64,000 nt of DNA from Terriglobia bacterium (GTDB lineage Bacteria > Acidobacteriota > Terriglobia > 20CM-2-55-15), in NCBI GenBank assembly GCA_965198225.1, contig CBDAOY010000006.1, positions 96,001 through 160,000 of the forward strand. Reading direction: 5' to 3'. The notes beneath the pieces are model-generated. The model did not search any database. It was not told the DNA's origin and saw only the letters and a list, made by a program, of their open reading frames with translations. This document shows positions 10,256 to 22,410 of this stretch, in pieces (the stretch's first letter is position 1; each line of letters begins with the position of its first letter). The position numbers and the translations under genes are program-made.

Positions 10256-10408
10256 AGAATCCGATGGGAATTGGAGGACCGGAAAGCCGATGCGAACGTC
10301 TGCAACACCAAACAGTTCAACCCTTTGGACGCCCAAGTCAGACCAAACCCGTATGATACAATACCGAGTTTATGGAAACATCTGAAACCGGAATAAGGGG
10401 GTTCGGTC

Positions 10409-11146
10409 GTGACGGTTCAAGATGCCGCATCCCCGTTGGTTTCGATCGTTGTTCCCGCCTTTAACGAAGCCGAACGCATCGGTTCTTCCCTCGAAAGAAT
10501 CTGCAATTTCGTCGATAGACGCGGCCTCGCAGCCGAGGTTATCGTCGTCGACGATGGGTCGGCGGATCACACGTCCGAAATCGCGGCGTCATTCACCCGC
10601 ACCGGACTCCGCGTCGTTTCCAACGAGTCCAACCGTGGGAAAGGCTACAGCGTCCGCAGAGGTTTCCTGGAATCGAAAGGCACGTGGGTCCTCTTCACCG
10701 ACGCGGATCTATCGGCTCCCATCGACGAACTCGAGCGGATGCTGCGGGTGGCGGAAGACGGGAGCGACGTCGTTATCGGGTCGCGCGCCGTCGACCGAAC
10801 CAAAATCGTCGTTCATCAGCCGTGGCCCCGGGAGTTGGGAGGCATCCTCTACAACTGGATCGTGCAGATCATCCTCGGGCTCACAATCCGGGATACCCAG
10901 TGCGGATTCAAGCTATTCAACCGGGAAAGGTTCACCCCGATCTTCGAGAAGCAAACGATCCACCGGTTCGGCTTCGATCCCGAACTGCTGTTTCTGGCTC
11001 GAAAGCAAGGGCTCCATATGCGGGAAATACCCGTGGCGTGGAGTCACGACGAAGGATCGAAGGTCCGGTTCCTCAGCGACGGTCTTCAGATGTTTCTCGA
11101 TCTGTTCCTGATTCGATGGAACTGGGTGAGGGGAAAGTATCAGTAA
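10409..11146 (+). CDS. Family 2 glycosyltransferase (polyprenyl-phosphate glycosyltransferase-like)
   Basis: VVPAFNE, VDDGSAD, NRGKG, FTDADLS, DTQCGFKLF. Confidence 0.9.
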   Translation: MTVQDAASPLVSIVVPAFNEAERIGSSLERICNFVDRRGLAAEVIVVDDGSADHTSEIAASFTRTGLRVVSNESNRGKGYSVRRGFLESKGTWVLFTDADLSAPIDELERMLRVAEDGSDVVIGSRAVDRTKIVVHQPWPRELGGILYNWIVQIILGLTIRDTQCGFKLFNRERFTPIFEKQTIHRFGFDPELLFLARKQGLHMREIPVAWSHDEGSKVRFLSDGLQMFLDLFLIRWNWVRGKYQ

Positions 11147-11154
11147 ATAATAGC

Positions 11155-11222
11155 TGTAGGTGCGGTCTATGACCGCACAATGTCCCAGCTTGAGGCCTGT
11201 GCGGTCATAGACCGCACCTACA
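11155..11222. repeat. REPIN-like doublet, family A
   Basis: TGTAGGTGCGGTCTATGACCGCAC ... GTGCGGTCATAGACCGCACCTACA; contains the pdxJ stop codon. Confidence 0.9.
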
Positions 11223-11961
11223 CCTGTCTCTCACTTTCTTCAATAATCTTCAAATACCGTTCCAGCGTACGCTCGAAGCCGAAGTCGAAAGATTCGACGA
11301 CGATGGCGTGGCCGATCGATACTTCCAGAATCCCGGGGATCTCGAGGAAGCGGGCCAGGTTCTCCAGGTTCAGATCGTGGCCGGCGTTGACGCCCAGGCC
11401 GATGTCACGGGCGTGGGCAGCCGCGCGCTCGAAACGGCTCCAGGTGCTATCGAACTCTTCACCGCCGTATGCCCTGGCGTATGGTTCCGTGTAGAGCTCG
11501 ATCCGATCCGCTCCAATCGACTTTGCGATGTCTATCTGCACCGGCACGGGGTCCATGAAAAGGCTCACACGGATCCCGGAATCCTGTAACCGGCCAACCA
11601 GGGGCGCGACTCTTTCAGCATCCTGTTCCAGATTCCATCCGTGGTCGGAAGTCAGCTGGTCGGGGGCGTCCGGAACGAGCGTGCATTGATCGGGCCGCGT
11701 TTCCTCGACGATCTCGATAAACTCTGGACCGGGATTGCCTTCCACGTTGAACTCGACCCCGTCGTGCTCACCCGTCAACCGGGACAGGTCGCGAACATCG
11801 GAATAGCGCGTATGGCGCTGGTCGGGTCGTGGATGGACGGTGATGCCGTGAACACCCTTGGCAATTGCACGGCGCGCCATCGTGGGCACGTGCGGATAAT
11901 CGGTGTCGCGAGAGTTCCGCAGTAGGGCGAACTTGTTGAGGTTGACGCTGAGCTTCGTCAT
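11218..11961 (-). CDS. pdxJ: Pyridoxine 5'-phosphate synthase
   Basis: LSVNLNKFALLRNSR, GITVHPRPDQRH, NAGHDL, EVSIGHA. Confidence 0.95.
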   Translation of the reverse strand: MTKLSVNLNKFALLRNSRDTDYPHVPTMARRAIAKGVHGITVHPRPDQRHTRYSDVRDLSRLTGEHDGVEFNVEGNPGPEFIEIVEETRPDQCTLVPDAPDQLTSDHGWNLEQDAERVAPLVGRLQDSGIRVSLFMDPVPVQIDIAKSIGADRIELYTEPYARAYGGEEFDSTWSRFERAAAHARDIGLGVNAGHDLNLENLARFLEIPGILEVSIGHAIVVESFDFGFERTLERYLKIIEESERQV

Positions 11962-13196
11962 CGGACCCTCAGCTTCATGAAACGGCGTTTTCCGACTTTG
12001 AACAGGTAGTCTCCCCGCGAGGAGAAGTGGAACTCCGAGCGTACGTCCGTCACCTTTTCGCCGTTCATGCTGACCGAGCCGGTCCGTATTAACCTAGTAG
12101 CCTCCGAAACGGACGGCGCCATCCCGAGGGAGGCGAGCAGTTTCGGCATCCGCGTAATCTCCTCGGAGACCGGAACCTCACGAACCTCGACATCTTCGGG
12201 CGTCTCTCGCTGTCGGAAGACGCGCCGGAATTCATCGCCCGCGGACTTCGCGGCCGCCGCACCGTGAAAGTCGGTGATGATCTTCTCTGCCAGTGAGGTC
12301 TTCAGGTCCATCGGATGTCGGGTCCCCCCGGCGACCTCGCTCTTCCATGTCTCGATTTCCGTCATCGGGGCATCGGTAACCAGCTCGAAATACCGGTACA
12401 TCAGGTCGTCGGAAATCGACATGACCTTCCCAAATATCTCGTTCGGCGCCTCGTTGATGCCGATGTAGTTGTCGAGCGACTTGCTCATCTTCTGGACACC
12501 GTCGGTGCCTTCGAGCAGCGGCATCGTCAGCACGATCTGCGACGGCTGACCGTACTCGCGCTGGATATCGCGACCGACGAGCAGGTTGAACTTCTGATCG
12601 GTCCCGCCCAGCTCCACGTCGGCTTCCAGGGCGACGGAGTCGTAGCCCTGGACGAGGGGGTACAGCAACTCATGCATCGATATCGGCTGCTGCTGCTTCA
12701 GCCGTTTTTCGAAATCGTCACGTTCCAGGATTCGCCGAACCGTGTAGTGGGCACAAAGACGGACAAAGCCATCGGAGCCGAGTCCCGACATCCACCGACT
12801 GTTGAAATCGATCACGGTCGCGTCCGGATCGAGGATCTTGAAGATCTGATTCTTGTAGGTCTCGGCGTTCGCGTCGATCGCCTCTCGCGTCAGCTGCTTT
12901 CGGACGACGGACCGGCCCGTCGGGTCGCCGATCATTCCCGTGAAGTCACCGATGAGAAAGATCACGGTATGGCCAAGATCCTGGAAGTGCTTCATCTTGC
13001 GGATGACGACGGTGTGGCCGATGTGAAGATCAGGTGCAGTCGGATCGAAGCCGGTTTTGACTCGCATCGGCGTGCCGTTCTCCCGGGCCTTCCGGAGACG
13101 GGCCTCGAGTTCTTCCGGGCGGATGATCTCCACCGCGCCCTTCCGTAGGTACTCGATCTGTTCAGCGATGGGAATGGTCCTGAAGTCGTCAGCCAT
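11958..13196 (-). CDS. tyrS: Tyrosine--tRNA ligase
   Basis: GFDPTAPDLHIGH (HIGH), KMSKS, C-terminal S4 domain; ATG 13196. Confidence 0.97.
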   Translation of the reverse strand: MADDFRTIPIAEQIEYLRKGAVEIIRPEELEARLRKARENGTPMRVKTGFDPTAPDLHIGHTVVIRKMKHFQDLGHTVIFLIGDFTGMIGDPTGRSVVRKQLTREAIDANAETYKNQIFKILDPDATVIDFNSRWMSGLGSDGFVRLCAHYTVRRILERDDFEKRLKQQQPISMHELLYPLVQGYDSVALEADVELGGTDQKFNLLVGRDIQREYGQPSQIVLTMPLLEGTDGVQKMSKSLDNYIGINEAPNEIFGKVMSISDDLMYRYFELVTDAPMTEIETWKSEVAGGTRHPMDLKTSLAEKIITDFHGAAAAKSAGDEFRRVFRQRETPEDVEVREVPVSEEITRMPKLLASLGMAPSVSEATRLIRTGSVSMNGEKVTDVRSEFHFSSRGDYLFKVGKRRFMKLRVR

Positions 13197-13805
13197 GGAT
13201 CCGTACTCGCCGGTCTTCGATCTCGCAGCGGCCCGACAGAACGAGGTCGATTGCCTCGGAATAAAGACGGTGTTCGGCGGCAAGAATTCGGTTCGAGAGA
13301 TCTTCCACGCTATCTCGATCGAGCACAGGAACCGAGGCCTGGCAGACAATCGGGCCACCGTCAAGGCACTCGTCTACGAAATGGACCGTACAGCCGCTGA
13401 ATTTTACCCCATGTTCCAGCGCCTGACGCTGGGCCCCCAGTCCCGGAAAAGCCGGCAGGAGCGAGGGGTGGATGTTGAGAACACCGTAAGGGAACGCGCC
13501 TATCAGGACCGTGCTCAGGATGCGCATGAAACCCGCCAGACACACCAGCCCCACATCGGCTTTCCGGAGCAGTTCGACAACCCGGGCGTCAAACTCCTCG
13601 CGAGGAACACCTTTCGAGGGGATGTAAGCGGTGGGGAGACCTCTCCCGCAGGCGCTCTCGAGGCCGGGAGCCGACTCCTTGTTGCTCAGAACCAGGACAA
13701 TCTCGGCGTCGAGCTCGTGTGAGGCGATGCGTTCCGCGATTGCGTTGAAATTGGATCCCTGTCCCGATAGAAGAATGCCGATCCTGCGGTTCGACGGCGC
13801 GACCC

Positions 13806-13809
<4 letters not shown>
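13189..13809 (-). CDS. purN: Phosphoribosylglycinamide formyltransferase
   Basis: SGQGSN, LAGFMRIL, NIHPSLLPAFPG, GCTVHFV. Confidence 0.96.
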
Positions 13810-14834
<1,025 letters not shown>

Positions 14835-14868
14835 GAAGAGCGGTGAAAACGCAGGGTCAGGCGAAGCT

Positions 14869-16320
14869 TCAAGCGTCGCCAGCCGAGTCCGGGGGCGTCA
14901 ACACGGGCCAGGGTTCTTCCTCCTGGGCCTTCTGCCACAAATCCAGTTGGCGGTCGTCGGCCTTTGCGTCGAAGACGGCATCGGTCAGCTCGAGGGGATA
15001 GTTCCCGCTGTAACACGCCGTGCAGTACTCCCCCTGGTTGCCCTCGACCGAACGCAGAAGTCCCGGCATCGAGAGGTAAGCCAGCGAGTCAGCCTCGACG
15101 TACTTCCGAATCTCCTCGACCGTATGACTCGCGGCGATCAACTCACTCCTGCTGGGTGTGTCGATGCCGTAAAAACAGGGGGAAATCGTCGGTGGGCAGG
15201 TGATTCGGATGTGTACCTCGCGGGCTCCAGCCGCGCGCACCATCTTTACGATTTTGCGGCTCGTCGTGCCGCGAACGATCGAATCGTCGATCAGGACCAC
15301 GCGTCGCCCGGCCAGCAGTTCGCGCACCGGATTCAGTTTGACCTTCACGCCGAAATGGCGGATCGATTGCTTGGGCTCGATGAAAGTCCGGCCGACATAG
15401 TGGTTTCGGATGAGGCCGAAGGAAAACGGAATGCCCGAATGCTGCGAATAGCCGATCGCCGCTGTCACGCCGGAGTCGGGGACCGGGACAACCAGGTCGG
15501 CATCGACGGGAGATTCCTCGGCGAGGATGCGCCCCATCTGGTCGCGACTAGCCTGGACGGTTCGGTTGAAAACAATGCTGTCAGGACGCGAAAAGTAAAC
15601 GTGCTCGAAGATGCACTTGGCTTCGCGCACTGAGGGCAAAGCCTGGATCGATTCGACCTCGCCGCCTCGAATCATCACGATCTCACCCGGGTAGAGCTCC
15701 CGGATATAGGTCGCGTTGATCAGGTCGAAGGCACAGGATTCCGAGGCCAGAACGTAGGAGCCGTTCACTTTACCGAGGCACAAGGGCCGGAAGCCGTAGG
15801 AGTCCCGCGCACCGATCAGCGTTCGTTCGTTCAGGAGGAGCAGAGAAAACGCGCCCTGCGTCCGACCCAGCGCGGCCGCCAGCGCACCGGGTAGATCGTC
15901 GGCTTCGGCCCGGGCGAGCAAGTGGAGGATGACCTCGCTGTCGCTGGTGGACTGGAAGACGGCGCCCTGCGACTCGAGCTCTTCCCGGAGAGACATCGCG
16001 TTGATCAGGTTTCCGTTGTGGCAGAGGGAAAACTCTCCGTACGAACCCTTGACGACGATCGGTTGGGCGTTGTCGGCAGAGCTGTCACCGGCCGTGGAAT
16101 AGCGGGTATGGCCGATCGCATTGATCCCGGCCAGCTGTTGCAATTTGCTTTCGGTGTAGACGTCCGCGACGTGTCCCATCGCCTTGTAGGTCTGCACCTG
16201 CTCCCCGTCGGAGGCCGAGATTCCGGTGCTCTCCTGCCCGCGGTGCTGGAGGGCGTACAGGCCGAGATAGGTCATCCGCGCTGCCTCGGAGTGGTTTGCG
16301 ATACCAAAGATTCCACACAT
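14869..16320 (-). CDS. purF: Amidophosphoribosyltransferase
   Basis: N-terminal MCGIFG, LQHRGQE, DDSIVRGTT, Fe-S cysteines CTAC. Confidence 0.97.
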   Translation of the reverse strand: MCGIFGIANHSEAARMTYLGLYALQHRGQESTGISASDGEQVQTYKAMGHVADVYTESKLQQLAGINAIGHTRYSTAGDSSADNAQPIVVKGSYGEFSLCHNGNLINAMSLREELESQGAVFQSTSDSEVILHLLARAEADDLPGALAAALGRTQGAFSLLLLNERTLIGARDSYGFRPLCLGKVNGSYVLASESCAFDLINATYIRELYPGEIVMIRGGEVESIQALPSVREAKCIFEHVYFSRPDSIVFNRTVQASRDQMGRILAEESPVDADLVVPVPDSGVTAAIGYSQHSGIPFSFGLIRNHYVGRTFIEPKQSIRHFGVKVKLNPVRELLAGRRVVLIDDSIVRGTTSRKIVKMVRAAGAREVHIRITCPPTISPCFYGIDTPSRSELIAASHTVEEIRKYVEADSLAYLSMPGLLRSVEGNQGEYCTACYSGNYPLELTDAVFDAKADDRQLDLWQKAQEEEPWPVLTPPDSAGDA

Positions 16321-16378
16321 GGTTTTTGAGCTATCTCTCCGGATGCCGCAGGTGGTCTGGAAAGTGACAAGTGACGAG

Positions 16379-16447
16379 GTGTAGGTGCGGTCTATGACCG
16401 CACATTCTTCGAAACGAAACAACGTGCGCTCATAGAGCGCACCTACA
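16379..16447. repeat. REPIN-like doublet, family A
   Basis: Same two inverted GTAG REPs, flanked by inverted GTGACAA/GTGACGA heptamers. Confidence 0.9.
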
Positions 16448-16484
16448 GACCATCACTCGTCACATCCCTAGTCTAACCGAACGG

Positions 16485-18704
16485 TCATCTCTTTTCGAGA
16501 AGGTGCGGCAGGGCGTCGCGCCAAACCTCTTCGAGTCCTTCGACGCTCTCGTCGATTGCCCTGGCACCCTCGTAATCCAGAATCAGCCGGTCGCCGCCCA
16601 CCTGACCCAACTCATATGCGGACAGCCCGTGTTCTGCAGCCCGTTTGCCCAGCCCCTCGGCGTCCGTCGTCGTCAGAAGGACGCGGGAGGGGAATTCTCC
16701 GAACAGGTCCCGACAGACCTCCAGGCACGACGGCACAACGATCTGGGCGCCGATACCGGCGCGGTGAATGTTCGAGAAACAGCATTCGGCCAGCGCGACG
16801 GAAAAGCCTCCTTCGCTCAGGTCGTGGGCCGATCGGACCAGGCTGTCCCGGATCAGGGTGGACACCAGGTTCTGGAGCGCCCGCTCTTCCTCCAGCTCGA
16901 TCCGCTCGCTTCTGGAGCCGGGTTCGACGAGAACAATTCGATCGCCGGCCTCCTTGAAGCCCGACGTCGTGACGAGGCCGATATCTTCGATCAGGCCCAC
17001 GATCCCGATCACCGGTGTCGGGAAGATGTCCTCCTCGAACGTCTCGTTGTAGAAACTGACGTTGCCTCCGGTGATGGGAGTGCCGAAGATTCCGCAGGCT
17101 TCCGACATCCCGTCGACCACCTCACTGAACTGCCACATGACTTCGGAATGCTCGGGGTTGCCAAAATTCAGGCAGTTGGTCGCAGCCAGCGGTCGGGCGC
17201 CTGAGCAGACGATGTTGCGGCAGGCTTCGGCGACGGCGCGTCTAGCGCCCTCTCGGGGGTCCCGGGCTACCTGAAATCCCGGGCCGTCCAGAACCATCGC
17301 CAGGGCTTTCGTCGTGCCCTTGATTCGAATGACGGCAGCGTCGGACCCGGGCCCCACCACGGTGTTCGACCCTACCATGTGGTCGTACTGCTCCCAGATC
17401 CAGCGACGGCTGGCAAGGTTGGGAGAGCCTAGCGCGAGCTTCAGCAGCGCGGCATAGTCCTGTGCTCCGGGGTCGCGGTCGGCGTTGAGGAAGGACTGGA
17501 CCGTGGCGGTCGGGCAGCCGTCGAGGAAACTGTAGAGCGACAGCTTGGCATCGACCCGCGCTGCCTTCGGCGGCAGAATCGGCCGGCGGTAGAGCGGACC
17601 GTCGTCGACGAGCGCCAGGTTTGGAACTTCCGCGACGGTCTCACCTCCACTGCGGACCCGGAGCAGACCGTCGTCGGTGACTTGGCCGACCCTTACGGCA
17701 TCGAGTCCCCACTTGTGGAAGACTTCAAACACCTCGCCCTCACGGTCCCTTTCGGCAACCAGGAGCATGCGCTCCTGCGACTCGCTGAGCATCACCTCGT
17801 AGGGGTTCATCCCCGACTCCCGCTGGGGCACCCGGTCCAGTTCCATCTCGACGCCGGTGCCGGCCCTGGCACCCATTTCGGAGCTGGAACAGGTCAGGCC
17901 GGCCGCACCCATGTCCTGTATGCCGACGATGAGTCCCTTTTCCATCGCCTCGAGGCAGGCCTCCAGGAGGAGTTTCTCCATGAAGGGATCACCAATCTGC
18001 ACATTCGGTCGTTTCGCGCCCGCATCCTCACCGAAACCGGCGGAAGCCATCGTGGCGCCGTGGATTCCGTCACGACCGGTCTTGGCACCGACGTAGATGA
18101 CGGGGTTGCCGACGCCTCTGGCCTGGCCGAGAAAGATCTTGTCCTTCTGGAAGATCCCCAGGGCAAACGCGTTCACGAGGGGATTCTGCGCGTAGCAGTC
18201 GGAAAAATAGACTTCACCGCCGATGGTCGGCACACCGAAACAGTTCCCGTAGAAAGCGATGCCGCCGACCACGCCCTCGAGAATGCGGCGGTTCTCGGCC
18301 TGCTCGAGCGATCCGAAGCGAAGGCTGTTCATCGCGGCAATCGGCCGGGCTCCCATTGTAAAAATGTCCCGCAGGATCCCCCCCACTCCGGTAGCAGCTC
18401 CCTGGAACGGCTCTATGTAGGAAGGATGGTTGTGGGATTCGATCTTGAAGGCGACGGCCAACCCGTCCCCGACATCGATGATGCCCGCGTTCTCGCCCGG
18501 CCCCTGCAGCACGGCTGCGCCTTCGGTCGGGAGCCGGTTCAAGTGGACTCGCGAGCTCTTGTAGCTGCAGTGCTCGCTCCACATGACGCTGAAGACACCG
18601 AGTTCGGTCACGTTCGGTTCGCGACCGAGGACGCGGACGATCTTCTGGTATTCGTCTTCGGTGAGACCGTGTTCTTCGAGCAGTTCGTCTGTGATCACGT
18701 TCAA
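16485..18704 (-). CDS. purL: FGAM synthase subunit PurL
   Basis: [39 protein letters not shown]. Confidence 0.97.
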   Translation of the reverse strand: MNVITDELLEEHGLTEDEYQKIVRVLGREPNVTELGVFSVMWSEHCSYKSSRVHLNRLPTEGAAVLQGPGENAGIIDVGDGLAVAFKIESHNHPSYIEPFQGAATGVGGILRDIFTMGARPIAAMNSLRFGSLEQAENRRILEGVVGGIAFYGNCFGVPTIGGEVYFSDCYAQNPLVNAFALGIFQKDKIFLGQARGVGNPVIYVGAKTGRDGIHGATMASAGFGEDAGAKRPNVQIGDPFMEKLLLEACLEAMEKGLIVGIQDMGAAGLTCSSSEMGARAGTGVEMELDRVPQRESGMNPYEVMLSESQERMLLVAERDREGEVFEVFHKWGLDAVRVGQVTDDGLLRVRSGGETVAEVPNLALVDDGPLYRRPILPPKAARVDAKLSLYSFLDGCPTATVQSFLNADRDPGAQDYAALLKLALGSPNLASRRWIWEQYDHMVGSNTVVGPGSDAAVIRIKGTTKALAMVLDGPGFQVARDPREGARRAVAEACRNIVCSGARPLAATNCLNFGNPEHSEVMWQFSEVVDGMSEACGIFGTPITGGNVSFYNETFEEDIFPTPVIGIVGLIEDIGLVTTSGFKEAGDRIVLVEPGSRSERIELEEERALQNLVSTLIRDSLVRSAHDLSEGGFSVALAECCFSNIHRAGIGAQIVVPSCLEVCRDLFGEFPSRVLLTTTDAEGLGKRAAEHGLSAYELGQVGGDRLILDYEGARAIDESVEGLEEVWRDALPHLLEKR

Positions 18705-18726
18705 ATAGATTTCTGCGTACGTTTCG

Positions 18727-19422
18727 CTACGCGACGGACAAGGCGTTTACCATGGACTCGAAGATCAGTTTTCCGTCGACGCTGCCGAGGATCTGTTCGC
18801 TCGACCGGTCCGGGTGCGGCATCATCCCCAAGACGTTGCGCTTCTCGTTGACGATGCCCGCGATGTTATTCAGCGAACCGTTCGGGTTCGCCTCCCCCGT
18901 GGGCTCCCCTTGTGCGTCCACGTAGCGGAACACCACTTGCCCGTCGTCCTCCAGCCGCCTGAGCGTCTTCTCATCCGCGTAGAAGTTCCCTTCCCCGTGA
19001 CCGATGGGGATGTGTACGATCTGCCCGGGAACGAGCGCATTCGTGAACGGCGTCGACACCGTCTCAGTCTTAAGATGAAGGAAGCGGCACACGTATTTCA
19101 TCCCGACGTTGGGCAGGAGGGCGCCGGGCAGCAGGCCGGCCTCCATGAGGATCTGAAACCCGTTACAGATGCCGATGATGAGTCCTCCGCTGTCGGCAAA
19201 TTCACGAACCGACCGCATCACGGGAGAAAAGCGTGCTATCGCACCGGTGCGGAGATAATCCCCGTACGCGAATCCGCCCGGCAGGATGATCGCATCGAAC
19301 CCGCCGACGGCGGTCTCCCGGTGCCAGATAAACTCGACGGGCTCTTCGATGACCGATTCGATCGCGTAGTAGCAATCGCGATCACAGTTGGAGCCTGGAA
19401 AAACAATGACGCCGAATTTCAT
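18727..19422 (-). CDS. purQ: FGAM synthase glutaminase subunit PurQ
   Basis: FPGSNCD, GICNGFQ, HGEG, MMPHP. Confidence 0.97.
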   Translation of the reverse strand: MKFGVIVFPGSNCDRDCYYAIESVIEEPVEFIWHRETAVGGFDAIILPGGFAYGDYLRTGAIARFSPVMRSVREFADSGGLIIGICNGFQILMEAGLLPGALLPNVGMKYVCRFLHLKTETVSTPFTNALVPGQIVHIPIGHGEGNFYADEKTLRRLEDDGQVVFRYVDAQGEPTGEANPNGSLNNIAGIVNEKRNVLGMMPHPDRSSEQILGSVDGKLIFESMVNALSVA

Positions 19423-19423
19423 G

Positions 19424-19666
19424 TCAGTCCCACACGATCCGGTAGTGCTCGATGACGGGGTTGGTCAGGACTTCGCTTGCGAGCCGATCGACGAGCGAGC
19501 TTCGATCTGCCTCGGCCATCTCGTCGTCGAGCTCGACTTCAAAATACTTGCCCTGCCGTACACCATCCACCCCGGAAAACCCCAGCGATTCCAGGTTCCG
19601 GTGCAACGTGATGCCCTGTGGGTCCAGGACGGTCGCCTTCAGAGTCACAATCACGGTCGCTTTCAT
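19424..19666 (-). CDS. purS: FGAM synthase subunit PurS
   Basis: VLDPQG, VRQGK, LTNPVIE. Confidence 0.95.
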   Translation of the reverse strand: MKATVIVTLKATVLDPQGITLHRNLESLGFSGVDGVRQGKYFEVELDDEMAEADRSSLVDRLASEVLTNPVIEHYRIVWD

Positions 19667-20160
19667 CCAGTTTCGGCTCCCTGTGGAAGGAAGAATTCCT
19701 TGGCGTCGGGATCGTAGTCGAACAACTCGGAGTAACGGGCCCAGTCAACCGCCGTGTCGAGCTGACGTTCCGATTCCTGCGGGGAGAAGGAACTGCCGAG
19801 CTGATCCAGGATGCGCTCGCGCTCGACACGATGATCGGCCTCCCGGTCGAGCTCCCGCATGATATGAGGAATCAAACCGACGTTCGCAACCATCTGGCGC
19901 CTGAAGATCTCCTTCTTTGCGTTCTCGTCCCCGTCTATGATCTGCCGTCCGAGGTCGAGGATCTGGATGTCGCCTTCCTCGACGCTGGCGAAACCCAGCA
20001 TCTCGGCGGCCTCGGTAATCGGCATGAGATCGTCCAGTTCGAATTGCAGGGCTTGCGTCAGCTTGTAGATATCGATCCGCCCGCCATGCTCGTCGAGGTT
20101 CTCCAGCAACCCCCCGATCATGTCGATCTTCGCGTGCGGAAGCTCCCCTACGTCGGACAT
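19663..20160 (-). CDS. Stand-alone AAA-associated C-terminal domain protein (as in nitrate/sulfonate ABC ATPases)
   Basis: DDLMPITEAAEMLGFASVEEGDI...QLDTAVDWARYSELFDYD pattern; no Walker motifs. Confidence 0.75.
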   Translation of the reverse strand: MSDVGELPHAKIDMIGGLLENLDEHGGRIDIYKLTQALQFELDDLMPITEAAEMLGFASVEEGDIQILDLGRQIIDGDENAKKEIFRRQMVANVGLIPHIMRELDREADHRVERERILDQLGSSFSPQESERQLDTAVDWARYSELFDYDPDAKEFFLPQGAETG

Positions 20161-20193
20161 GCTTGAGCGCACAAGGTTTCGCGTTCGGACGAT

Positions 20194-20219
20194 TGTGCGG
20201 TCATAGACCGCACCTACAC
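20194..20219 (-). repeat. Single REP, family A (remnant of partner arm at 20164-20172)
   Basis: TGTGCGGTCATAGACCGCACCTACAC. Confidence 0.85.
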
Positions 20220-20223
20220 CTGC

Positions 20224-21519
20224 CTACTCCCCGAACACCCGCTCGAATATCCGGTCGACGTTTTCCAGCAACTTCGAGGAATCGAAGACGCGATCGATGT
20301 CGCTCGCGCTGAGATGTTGAGCGATATCGTCGTCGGACAGAACACACTCTTTGAATTCGGCCTGCTCGTCCCAGACGCGCATCGAGTTTCGCTGGACCCA
20401 GCGGTAGGCATCCTCGCGGGTGGCACCTTTCTCGACCAGCTCGAGCAGCAACTGGCCCGAATAGATCAAGCCGTGGGTGAGATCGAGATTCTCCTGCATT
20501 CGGTCGGTGTTCACGACGAGTCGCTCGAGGAGACTCGACGACCGGTCCAGCAGGTAATCCAGGATGATCGTCGAGTCGGGAAAGATCACGCGTTCGACTG
20601 ATGAATGCGAGATGTCCCGTTCGTGCCACAGAGCGACGTTTTCCATGGCCGACACCGCATTGCCCCGCAGAAGACGGGCCAGGCCTGAAATCTGCTCGGA
20701 CGTGATCGGGTTCCGTTTATGAGGCATCGCGGAGGAACCCTTCTGACTGGACGAGAAATACTCCTCGGCCTCACGGACCTCCGTGCGCTGAAGGTGACGG
20801 ATCTCGACGGCGATCTTCTCGAGCGTGGCTCCGATCAGCGCGATGGTCGAGATGTAGTGGGCATGGCGATCGCGCTGGATCACCTGGGATGAGGCTGGAG
20901 CCGGTCGAAGGCCAAGCTTCTCCATCACCTTTTGTTCGACATCCGGCGAGAGATGGGCGAAGGTTCCGACTGCTCCCGACAGCTTTCCGAACCGCATCCC
21001 CTCGGCCGCCTGCTCGAATCTCCGACGGTGACGCCGGACCTCGTCATACCAGATCGCGAGCTTGTGCCCGAAGGTCACCGGCTCGGCGTGGATGCCGTGT
21101 GTGCGACCGACCATCACTGTGGCCTTGAACTCGTGGGCGCGGGACCGGAGGACCTCGCTGAGGCGGTCGGTTCCCTCCATCAGGATCGACGAAGCTTCGC
21201 GAACCTGGAGCGCCATCGCCGTGTCGAGTACATCGGATGAAGTCAGACCGTAGTGAAAATAGCGCGACGCCGGTCCGACCTGCTCGGCGACGGCGGTCGT
21301 GAAGGCGATCACGTCGTGGCGCACTTCGGCTTCGATCTCGTTGATCCGGTCGACGGAAAACGCCGCCTTGTCCCGGATTTGCTGTGCGGCTTCGCTGGGG
21401 ACGACGCCTTCGGCTTCAAGAACGCTGGTGGCCGCGAGCTCGACTTCGAGCCACCGCCCGTACCTGTTTTCGTCTTCCCAGATACGACCCATTGCGGGTC
21501 GGGTGTAGCGCGGGATCAA
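20224..21519 (-). CDS. purB: Adenylosuccinate lyase
   Basis: HDVIAF, GRTHG, GSSAMPHKRNP, HERDISHSS. Confidence 0.97.
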   Translation of the reverse strand: MIPRYTRPAMGRIWEDENRYGRWLEVELAATSVLEAEGVVPSEAAQQIRDKAAFSVDRINEIEAEVRHDVIAFTTAVAEQVGPASRYFHYGLTSSDVLDTAMALQVREASSILMEGTDRLSEVLRSRAHEFKATVMVGRTHGIHAEPVTFGHKLAIWYDEVRRHRRRFEQAAEGMRFGKLSGAVGTFAHLSPDVEQKVMEKLGLRPAPASSQVIQRDRHAHYISTIALIGATLEKIAVEIRHLQRTEVREAEEYFSSSQKGSSAMPHKRNPITSEQISGLARLLRGNAVSAMENVALWHERDISHSSVERVIFPDSTIILDYLLDRSSSLLERLVVNTDRMQENLDLTHGLIYSGQLLLELVEKGATREDAYRWVQRNSMRVWDEQAEFKECVLSDDDIAQHLSASDIDRVFDSSKLLENVDRIFERVFGE

Positions 21520-21553
21520 GTCGGCTCACTCCTGGTCTGAGGATGTTCGGTGT

Positions 21554-22342
21554 TCAGCCCAGCTCGATCGGAGCGCTGGGCGAATCCTGAGCCGCGAGGC
21601 TGAGGGAAGTTTGTCGCAAACCCCTGGATGCCAGGGCTTGGCGGGCCTCCTGCTTCGCCAGCTCGGGATGATTGTTCTTCGAGCTCAGGTGCGCCAGGAC
21701 AATATGGGCGGCGCTGCCGTCGTAGGGCCCCCGAAGGAATCGTCCGACCGCGGAGTTCGACAGATGGCCCTTCCTCCCCATCAGGCGTTCCTTGAGCCTC
21801 CAGGGATAAGGGCCGACCCGAAGCATGTCCAAGTCGTGGTTCGATTCGAGAATCAGGACATCCGATCCGTTCAACGCGTCGGCAACACCGCCCGGGATCC
21901 ACCCGAGGTCGGTCAGCTGCGTCACCTTGACGCCATTGTAGCGAATCGAGAACGCGACCGGTTGTTCGGCATCGTGCGGAACCGAAAACGGGATGACTTC
22001 CACGTCGCCGACCTGAAAGCTGCTGCCGGGAGCGATCGGCAGGACCGTCGAGCCGTTCTTCTCGTACCGACCGGTGCGGCCGCCCTCCATCGTGCCCTCG
22101 GACATATACGCCACTACCGAGGACTCCTTCAACATGGCCGGAAGCCCGCCGATGTGATCCGCATGTTCGTGCGTGACGAGGACCGCATCGATAGCTTCGG
22201 GGTCTTCTCCGAGGGCGGACAGGCGCTTTCCGATTGCCCGGCGACTCAACCCACAGTCTATCAGCACACGCGTCTTATCAGTGCGCACGTAGGTGGCGTT
22301 GCCGCGACTTCCGCTGCCGAGAACCGATACCTTGATAGACAT
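21554..22342 (-). CDS. MBL-fold metallo-hydrolase (YycJ/WalJ-like)
   Basis: LGSGSRGN, THEHADH, HDA, ESNHD, GHLSN, LAHLS; ATG 22342. Confidence 0.88.
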   Translation of the reverse strand: MSIKVSVLGSGSRGNATYVRTDKTRVLIDCGLSRRAIGKRLSALGEDPEAIDAVLVTHEHADHIGGLPAMLKESSVVAYMSEGTMEGGRTGRYEKNGSTVLPIAPGSSFQVGDVEVIPFSVPHDAEQPVAFSIRYNGVKVTQLTDLGWIPGGVADALNGSDVLILESNHDLDMLRVGPYPWRLKERLMGRKGHLSNSAVGRFLRGPYDGSAAHIVLAHLSSKNNHPELAKQEARQALASRGLRQTSLSLAAQDSPSAPIELG

Positions 22343-22410
22343 CCCTAAAAAGAGAACAGACAGCTCCGGGGCGGGAGCGGGCTGAACTGCAAGAATCGTA
22401 AAGAGAAGTT

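Noticed and set aside
16320-16422. N-terminal ORF extensions reading through REPs (ECAVIDRTYT peptides)
   Set aside because: These are translations of the family A repeat; PurF must begin at Met-Cys (16320).
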